Source: Phoronis australis
Taxonomy: Eukaryota; Animalia; Phoronida
Reading direction: 5' to 3'
Assembly (NCBI GenBank): GCA_002633005.1
Contig: NMRA01000011.1
Coordinates: 1,705,128-1,769,127 of the forward strand
Length of the DNA: 64,000 nt
The notes under the pieces were generated by a model. It saw only the letters and a program-made list of their open reading frames with translations, was not told where the DNA came from and did no database searches. Both the position numbers and the translations under genes were made by a program. Numbering within the stretch: position 1 is the stretch's first letter; the number at the start of each line of letters is the position of its first letter. Of this stretch, positions 55,039 through 64,000 are shown in pieces.

Positions 55039-57191
55039 CGAATTGGTTCGGTCATCAGATTTGACTTTAATGACAGTTATGTGATTTTGAGATTGAGGAC
55101 AAAATGACCTCAGCACTGCAGGAGTCTAGACTTGAAGTTGTCCAGTCTCTGTACTCTGATTGTGTCGTGGTGTGTTTTAGAAACGACGTTTGGACTGCTG
55201 GTCATCGTTCATTGCAAAACGAAACCCATGTTTCTAATGTTGTTTCAAAATATATTGTTATTGAATGTTACTTTTCTTTCAAGCTAACTTCCTAGTTCAG
55301 ATTTGAGCGCGTTTTGCTGGCACAAATTTGCTATAAAACGCATACGTTCTGTCCAACAAGCCAGCTTTGATTTAGACCATTTACTGCATAAAGTTGATCT
55401 AAACCTGTTCCTCACTCAGATGTAAAGTGATTTTTGGGCATGAAAAGAATTATTAGTTACTAACTTAGTACTTTGCTCGAGGCATATTGTATTACCTAAC
55501 TTGGCAAACCAATTTGTAGAGCCTGGTGTCCACCGTTAAGAATATGTCAGTTCTTTGGATATAGTGAAATCACTAGTTTGACTAACGAACAATACGAGAT
55601 CAATTCCATCATGGTAAATAGTCAAAATCAAAGGTTTCTGTTTTGTGAAGGAAGGTGGGTTTATCGCCAGTTTTAAGTGTTCGCCTCCACATTACAGCTC
55701 TTTGTTGAAAAAGGTTGAAATTCTTCCTGACGACTTGAGTGAAAAAACAGAAGAAAGTCATTCCCAGTAAAAATGAAAATCATGCATAATTTCTCTCGCT
55801 TATTTACAATAAAATAGTTATATTTGAAATCATGAATTTTATTAATTTTCATGCGATATGGGACCCCACAGAGTGTTTCACATAGCCCAGCCTTGTAGTG
55901 ACCTTGAGCATCACACTTTCTACCGATGATGAGTTTAAATAATAACTTAACTAGAGCATGCCTGTGCAACAACCGTGTTGATGGCGACCAGGCGCTGTTT
56001 ACTAGAAGGTAATGCTTTTCGTACTAAACGAAAGGAAGCAGAGACACCAGTGACGTCACTTCCGAGAGAACGGTCACCTAAGGAACCATGAGACTGCATG
56101 CAGTCACCGGAGGAGAATCTTGATGAATCCAGAATTTCCAAATCATTTACCTTGTATTCACACGTGGCTCATCGTTAAACCTCCATTGTAGAACCGCATA
56201 TCCCCAAAACGAGAAAAATGGAAGGAAAGCAACTTTAATTGAAAATTTCTTGGCACCTAGTCGACGGGCATAAGTGTGACGTATCAATGTACCCAGTTCC
56301 AGTGTGTCATGCTCTGACCAACACCCGAGTTTCTTGTATAAACTTGTTCTATAGACGCCGTTTTCTCATGTCCGCGGGAAATTGACAAGAACCACAGCGT
56401 GATCAAAAACCGAGTTGTCACAAACATCACCACGGCACCGCCTGGTCATTTTTATTATGCTGTAAATGAGCAGTAATATCTGACAACGTTCCCAATAATC
56501 ACAGTGGGGGATAGGCCTACTAAATGTTAATATTTGTAATTTTCCCGATTCTGCGTATCATGTATCGACAGCTATTTAACTTCGTCAGATATTGTATAAT
56601 GTGGGTGTTCCACTTTGAGCTGATCGACTGGTGTTTTTGACGTAGAATTGGAGATTCTAAACACTTTAAAGCCATGATTGATTGCCAAGTTGAATCTAAT
56701 AGTAAGGTAGTTATGCGTTAACTACGAGGGGACGCAGAAGGGTAGCCGAAGTTAACAAAAGGTATTGTAGATGCAACAGAGCAGCAGATAAAAACCGTAA
56801 AACAAGAATTCAAAAGAAATTCCCAATTAACGAGCGGGGGGAGTGTGTCACAACCTGGAGACCTTGGGCAATGCTACCACTCAGTGTTACGAAAACGGGA
56901 AGTGAGAATGCTGATCAAATTGTGCTCATCGTCGAGCAAACTGTCACTGAAAAGGCGGGTATTTAGACTGGAAGCTGTCGGGAAGATACATGCATATCAA
57001 CTACGGGTCTAAGATGCAGTAGCGGATCAACCGGAAATAACCGATGACAACCGGTAATCATACGCTCAGAGAGAAGGGTCAAATACTGTTCAAAAATCGC
57101 TTTTGGCAAGAAAGGCGAAAAGAATATAAAGAAAGGGTGTCGAAAATAAGAATTTATGTAGTAAGTATTTTCGGATACTGGAACCACATGG

Positions 57192-58527
57192 GCAGAGAAC
57201 TAAATAGGTCTGCCTTGACGGACCCTTCCCAGCTGAAAATTGACCGTCGGACGACCTTCGTCCGACGGTTGGGGTTTGCTAATGCGAACACAATAGCCCA
57301 TTGAATTCAGTCCAGCTGCTTGGGCTGCTTGGTCGCGTACGTAATCCTTTAAAGGCGAAGGCAACCTTTTTTCATGTCATTTTTAGCAAAAATAAGGTTC
57401 GCTGATTATCCCAGACATATTTTTCACTTATTTACTGCTTTTCGTAATTTAATTAATCACTCGTCGTCTAAAATGTAAAAAATTAAAAAATACAAAATTA
57501 CAGTCCTATTTGATTTAACTTATATTTTTCCTTCTGTATACTTTGTGTTTCATACTTGCGTTTTAGGAAAAGTGAATGGGATTTTCAACATGCATTACAC
57601 CCTGCAAGTCGGGTACGTGTTATGAACTCTCAGTATGCCTTTTTTCAGTCAGTGGATTTGTCAAAGGGAAACAACGCAGAGGTCCCAAAGCAAGAGTATC
57701 CTCCCAATGGAAAACATTGTTTAATGGTGACACAGTGAACTACTTAACACAAGATGGAGACCAAACAAGGATTAAAAAGTACAAGAATGTTTAATGCGAG
57801 AAGTAGCTAAAGAAGACTTAAGGAATGATGCANTGGACGATCTGTCATTAAGACAATGTCTAGGCATTTTAATGATATTTAAAAGTAGCAGAGAACTAAA
57901 TAGGTCTGCCTTGACGGACCCTTCCCAGCTGAAAATTGACCGTCGGACGGCCTTCGTCCGACGGTTGGGGTTTGCTAATGCGAACACAATAGCCCATTGA
58001 ATTCAGTCCAGCTGCTTGGGCTGCTTGGTCGCGTACGTAATCCTTTAAAGGCGAAGGCAACCTTTTTCATGTCATTTTTAGCAAAAATAAGGTTCGCTGA
58101 TTATCCCAGACATATTTTTCTCTTATTTACTGCTTTTCGTAATTTAATTAATTACTCGTCGTCTAAAATGTAAAAAATTAAAAAATACAAAATTACAGTC
58201 CTATTTGATTTAACTTATATTTTTCCTTCTGTATACTTTGTGTTTCATACTTGCGTTTTAGGAAAAGTGAATGGGATTTTCAACATGCATTACACCCTGC
58301 AAGTCGGGTACGTGTTATGAACACTTATATGCCTTTTTTCAGTCAGTGGATTTGTCAAAGGGAAACAACGCAGAGGTCCCAAAGCAAGAGTTTCCTCCCA
58401 ATGGAAAACATTGTTTAATGGTGACACAGTGAACTACTTAACACAAGATGGAGACCAAACAAGGATTAAAAAATACAAGAATGTTTTATGCGAGAAGTAG
58501 CTAAAGAAGACTTAAGGAATGATGCAA
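57192..58527. repeat. About 640-bp near-identical duplication around a single N (57833)
   Basis: 57192-57832 vs 57888-58527. Confidence 0.88.
57353..57470 (+). mobile_element. Solo terminal fragment related to the Kolobok-type element (second copy from 58049)
   Basis: TTAA + aggcgaaggcaaccttttttcatgtcattttt... matches 62424-62540. Confidence 0.7.
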
Positions 58528-61500
58528 TGCGATGACAGAATGCCAGGTACAAACGTCAGTTCACAGTTCTTGTCAAATTGGGTTAACTACTGAATCCCCT
58601 GCGATAACATGCAAAATTCTGAGAACCACTTTGCCGGTTGCGACAGTGCCTTGCTGTTTGAATTGCTTGGTGCTAGTTTTGAGCTGTGCTATAGAGAAGT
58701 GGTCTATGAACATCGTTATTTAAACTTTGCTTCAGTTTTGTAAATGAAAGCTATGTGAATTTTTCATTCATTTTTATGAAATTTACAGTTTTAAGTCCAA
58801 ACCTTTGGCATTCCGTCTGTATGTCACACAATGTCGTTGGCATAATTTTTATCGCTCATAGCACGATGTCAGAGACATAGTATTCACGAAGGTCTGTCTG
58901 CATGTCACACTATGTCGTTGGCATGACATCTCTAAAGGGAATCTAATTTTTTCATATTTTGCACTGAGATGTAGGTGGGACATCTCCAAGCGCCATTTGA
59001 TATTGTTTTGAATAGGGATTCTGCCATGCTCTTAAATTCCCCTTGTATTTTTACAAACATTACTAATAGTTGAGTTTTGTGAAGCAGTTGCCAGGCTTAT
59101 TTTTTGTGTCATGGTTTGCTCATTTCTTTTTGGTCTGACCCTCTGGTTCATCTCTAATGTTAAGGACCAGGCCATTGACTTGTTGCTGCTGTTAGTTTTG
59201 TAATTGATCTCACCTTAAACGTGTGTTGTATAATATTAAAAGGGTTTTGTAAAGTAGATAATTGTACATAGTTCATCAATACTTAGACTTATTGTACACT
59301 CTGCACATGCCATGCTGATGTTTAGTGTATACTTTGTTTCAGTGATTATTATGTAATTCTGATGTTGATATAAGTTGATGCAATGTGAAGTTTCACTTTG
59401 TATTAAAATAATAAGAAATAAATCTCTCTCTGTTATTTTGGAAGCTCATAACCTAGACATGTGTAAATTATGTAAGTTGAGGTATTTATATATTTTGATG
59501 CGCAGCATTTACAGATGTGTATTTTTTAACAAATCTCACTTTGTCCCTAGGTTCTCAATATTATTTTTTATAAACTACAGTATTGTACAGTCATGTTTAT
59601 TTTCTGGGTAAAGTTGTTTCCTTTTTCCTATTATATCTATTTGTATGCATGTTTTAAAAATAAAAACTTGTGTGATTAGATATATTGCTTATCTTTCATA
59701 TTACTTCATTTATTGTAAAATAATTGCAATGTAAGTGCAACCAGCCTATTGGGATGTATCGTTTCTACAAAATTCGTTCTCCAGCCAATGTAACTACCAT
59801 ATAAGAGGTTTCTGGTTCCTCCATATGAAAATCCAGGTCAAAAAGAAGGTCACAAGTAGTCCTATTCGGTTGGAGAATTTTGTGATGCCATCTTAACTGA
59901 GGCAGGCCAGCCAGCTGGCTCTCTATTGTGTTGGCAGGGAATGGGGTAATTGAAACTTGCGCTTCAGTTAACAAATTTAATTGGGTTTTGGCTTGAATTT
60001 TCAGCAGGGATAGATTCGTCATGGGAACGGGAAAACAGACTCAATTGGGTTATTCAAAGTGGCTCTCTGCCACTGAACTGAAATTAAAGTGTTCACCAGA
60101 CATTTTTACTGTTTGCTTGTAAAGTATTTGAATTCCATTTGATGTCAAAGCAGTTTTCTTTTAGTTTTGAATCTCAAATAAACCATCTGTTAAATTTTCG
60201 CCACTTCCAATTGTTGATTTTTCTCCCACAAGGCAAAACGTCTCCTTATTACGTATGGCAAGGCATAGACGAATCATTATATGGGAAATGTGACCTTTGA
60301 CTTTTGATATAAACAAAACATTGACAACTGCAAGCAGCAGTCGGATTAAGACGCAATTGTGTTTAAAATTGATTTCAAAATATATTCTAACGGGCACTTG
60401 AAATTCTCTTTGGAAAATCTATTGCTTCACTGGCTTGCCTCATACTGGGGTGTCGCTCTCATGCAGAATCGGGGTACTATCACATACATGTATGATAATA
60501 CACCGTTCATATCGTCTTTGTCAGTCAGCTGTTTGTCCAATGACTGAGCGCATCGGCGGTAGACTTGAAACTCTGTGGTGGCTACAGAGTATTTCCTTCG
60601 CGTATATTTCAAAAGTCGTGAATTATGTGTTTTTGTGGACATTACCTCAGAAGGGAAAGTGAAAAAAATTGTAACAGACGTTGCGAGATGGTACTTTTGT
60701 CAGAAATTGTTTAAAAGGTATTTTCAGTTGACGAGCTTTCGCGACCCATAGCTCTTTAGTGTGTATGAATTCAATGATGAAGTCAAAGCCAGTCCTTCAC
60801 GGTCAGAGTTACCTTTTTATATACTGAAGTGTTTACATTTCGAGACACAAAAATGCAACAATGCCTGCGAGCACGCACCTAATCAAGGAATTCATTGAAA
60901 TTATTGTAGATTTTGTCACAAAGGGTTTATTGTTCGACGGCAAATGCATAGTGTAGCACAGGCACGTGATCGTTTTAACTGCGTCATCTTTGAACACTAC
61001 ATCTCAGAGTCGATGGACTGTTTTTTTTTTTGAGGAATGCCTTAAAGACGCCATTGGAATCTTTTCAAGTTTCATCCGATGGAAATCATTAGCACAATAA
61101 CTGATGACAACATTATTAAAAGGTGAAAAGGCCTGACAAAGATGTGGTTAGCGTTAAAAACTTGAGATCTGATCGAGTGAGTAAGTTGTTTGCTTCCGAG
61201 TCACTTTCGGTTTGTGCTGTAGCTCGTCACTACAAGCCTCTTTAGATTAATAAAGTTTTTTCTTGACCAGTTACCATACTTACTTACTTAGTTCTCTAAC
61301 ATTAATGAAGTAAACGGCCCCACATATTATAAGCCGGAGCAAGCAATGCCAGTTTGATAAAAGTGTCTTACGAAATCGAAATAAGAAACAATTCATAAAA
61401 ATCCCTATTAAAGCGATGTTTCACAACCATTTGGTTGCCAGTGTTGAATTTTAAATCAAACAGCGCTTTAACTGTTGTTTTAAAACATTACCACACTCTT

Positions 61501-61664
61501 CTGATCCTGATTTTTCCGAATAAGCCAGCAACACAACCACAGTTAATTCGCATAATACATGTACGCCGTTTCCAAATTCAGTTTAGGTCTGCCAACCCAA
61601 TCAAAATTCAAGCGTCTTCTTAAATCGTTGATGGCCTTGTTGGTAACGTAAATTATGCCCTTTA

Positions 61665-62326
61665 GGAGTCACAGAACAGTTCTCACAGGGGTTCGCCGGT
61701 CAGAACACACGTCAATGCACTCTTCACCCTTTCTTCACTTTGTCAAAAAACTGCCTGCAAATAAGGAAATGTTTTGAGTCATTTCACATCAGAAGCCCTA
61801 CAGATGAGCACAGAAACTGTATTCTCTCTTGCATTTTTAACTCTTTCACTCCCAGTGGAAACCAAGCTGAACTAAGAAAAATGAGGGCAAAAAATGCAAA
61901 ATCGGCACTTTTCACCCCAAAATCACCACTTTTCTGCCAATTCTAGACTAAAGCCAACATTAGATTCCGAAAGCAAATTTCCCACCGATTCCAAAAACGT
62001 GGTCCAAAAGTACTGTCAACCAACTAGATTTTTTTTGCAAATCTGGCTCGTTTGAGGGCTACCTGAAATCGCGGCCAATTTCTCAGTTGTTACACAGCAA
62101 TGCACAACTGCAACAGGGGGCCACCACTTTGAAGAGGAGTGCAGCTACAGCCGAGAAACTGGCCTTTTTTTCATCCCCAGCATGTTCACAAATACAAAAA
62201 ACACATTCACTTGGCCTACACACAATACCTAACTAAAAAATGCCCCCAAGCCTGGCCTAGCCCTAGATTTTAACATTTTGGCAGTGCAAATTGGCCGCGG
62301 CCACAGCCTAACTATTCTGTGCCACC
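61665..62326. mobile_element. PIF/Harbinger-type MITE, same family as 5400-6057
   Basis: Full-length high similarity; TTA on both flanks. Confidence 0.9.
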
Positions 62327-62687
62327 TTACGAGATATTACGAGACCGCATTTATGAGCTTAAGTGGATTGATTCGTTTTTGTTTGGGTTTTAGGAGCTAA
62401 ACGCAGAGGAAATGCAGTCTTAAAGGCGGAGGCAACCTTTTCCATGTCATTTTGAGCTAAAATAAGGTTGGTTGGTTATCCTAGACATATTTTCCACTTA
62501 ATTACAGCTTTTCGTAATTTTATTAATTACTCGTCCGCTACTCCGGAAGTGACGTTTTAGGAGGCAAGCATTTCGCGCCAATTTCTTTTCATATAGTCTG
62601 ACTGTGAGAGCTGCCGAATCAGTCATTGTTCTACCTCGGTTGTGTTAAGTTCCGTCGTCGTTTGCTTTCATTTACTAGTCAGTCAAC

Positions 62688-63481
62688 ATGCCACACTGTT
62701 TCTGCGTACCGGGATGTACTAATTATCGGCTCACGCGCGCTTTGGGAGTACCTGTGCATCGCTTTCCGATGGATGGCACACTTCGCCGTACTTGGCTCGT
62801 TCGTGTGAAGAACGCAGCGTTACCCGTCCACGCAACGTACAAAGCAGTGGAGAATTACCGTGTGTGTGGCAAGCACTTTCTGCGGTCCGATTACGAAAGG
62901 GATTTGTACGCTGAACTGATGAAGGTCCCTGCGAAACAACGCCTGAAGAAGGATGCCATTCCGTCTGTGTTGATTCCCGGCAGTGCCCCGTCGCCACCCC
63001 CGAGAAGTGCGTTTTTGAAGCGCGAAGCCTCGCGAGCAGTGGCCAGTACAGTGATTGGAGCCGGTGGAGGCACTTCATATCTACTGTCACCCGTACCTCC
63101 GAACGTACCCTAGAGCGTGCAATTCCTGGAACCAGTAGTGATTCGCCCTGTGAGCTGTTTTCTCCAACCCAGAGCCTCTAAGCAGCCCTCCTGCAGCAAT
63201 ATTGAGTAGTGGGAGTGATTACAGGCCCAGTTCGAAACCCAGTGAAGAGGAAAATTCGATCTGTGGGCCAAACTTTGGTAAGTTTATTGTGGACTTGTCT
63301 AAAGAGTTTGAGCTATTTAGAAGGTGCCAGGTGTGTGGCGAGGAAGTCACAGGACACAATGGTAAGCAGTTTGGGTGCTCAGGTCACCATCCAGTGGGAG
63401 TGTGTCGCGGGACACTCTGGCAAGTGGGACAGTTGTTCCTCTGTCCGTGGTATGCCGGAGGTCCACTTAATCATGTCCAGT
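62688..63481 (+). pseudogene. Disrupted THAP-domain transposase N-terminus
   Basis: MPHCFCVPGC...HRFP...W...VCGKHF...LKKDAIPS THAP domain; stop at 63113; frameshifted KFIV..LFRRCQVC...WECVAGH..W.S...GMP; no DDE core. Confidence 0.85.
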
Positions 63482-63787
63482 AGTGGCCGGGCTTGGCCTC
63501 GTCGAACTCTGAACAGCACAAGCATTCCATTGAGGTAGGCATAACGAGACACACAGTGCATTTGCACCAAGATGTGTCACCACGTCTGTCCTCAGTAGCC
63601 GCCTCGTTTCTCTCAACAGCTGCCTGTGCCTGTGCGTACATGTATTCTGCCTCAATATACTCGGGCTCATGAACATGTACCCACCCACCGAATGTCCGTG
63701 AAAGAATTCCTCGTCACCACCGCTGTGAACAAGGTTTCCGTCACTCACACTACTGTCTCTGTGATACGGGTCACCGACTCCAGCCAT
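63482..63787 (-). pseudogene. Truncated, frameshifted KolX / P2X7-C-terminus-like Cys-rich ORF
   Basis: Minus strand reads DRRGDTSWCKCTVCLVMPTSMECLCCSEF. Confidence 0.75.
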
Positions 63788-64000
63788 TTTCAGCTTACAA
63801 CACACTAAACAATCCCTAAATCCTACGTAGTTGAGTTCTCTACTAACCTATCTTGCCGCAGAATACTCGCCGATGGAAAGTGATGGCGACAATTGTTGAA
63901 AAACAGCACAAAACAAAAGTAGAATAGAACAGATTCGCACGGTAAAGTCAACGCAAAACCAAGTGGCGGGAAACGCTTGCCTCCTAAAACGTCACTTCCG

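Larger units (their letters stand above)
62424..64000. mobile_element. Internally deleted Kolobok-type DNA transposon, continuing past the window end
   Basis: TTAA-AGG terminus; cggaagtgacgttttaggaggcaagc at 62544 is inverted at 63975-64000; THAP ORF on + with convergent Cys-rich ORF on -. Confidence 0.82.

Noticed and set aside
57192-58527. Direct repeats suggesting an LTR or KolobokP-like element
   Set aside because: Single N at the junction and no coding interior; probable allelic duplication.
59765-60022. 85-aa minus-strand ORF, possible terminal exon
   Set aside because: No recognisable homology or partner exons.
62688-63113. Domesticated host THAP transcription-factor gene
   Set aside because: Lies between TIRs with frameshifted transposase remnants and a convergent KolX-like fragment.

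Overview
AT-rich, intron-rich animal genomic DNA, probably a marine invertebrate/lophotrochozoan (inference), from a draft assembly with N gaps. Four protein-coding genes can be reconstructed exon by exon with GT-AG introns and consistent phases: (1) the 3' two-thirds of PRPF6 on + (14 exons, 745-34366); (2) a two-exon class A GPCR nested antisense in the 19.6 kb PRPF6 intron (14766-14035, 10667-10077); (3) a complete single-lipoyl DLAT on - (11 exons, 46894-35286), tail-to-tail with PRPF6; (4) MORN2 on + (4 exons, 47178-55038), head-to-head with DLAT. The rest is non-autonomous DNA transposons (PIF/Harbinger-type MITEs, a foldback element, a Helentron/HINE-like array, nested MITEs), a Penelope-like inverted remnant, an internally deleted Kolobok-type element at the right edge, minisatellites, and three near-identical duplications at N positions that are probably uncollapsed haplotypes. 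The most unusual pattern: four PRPF6 introns each begin with an unrelated minisatellite whose unit copies the preceding exon end plus its 5' splice site, creating arrays of decoy donors in a core spliceosome gene. Where it can be checked, read-through into the array hits a stop codon. All family assignments come from motif recognition, not database searches.
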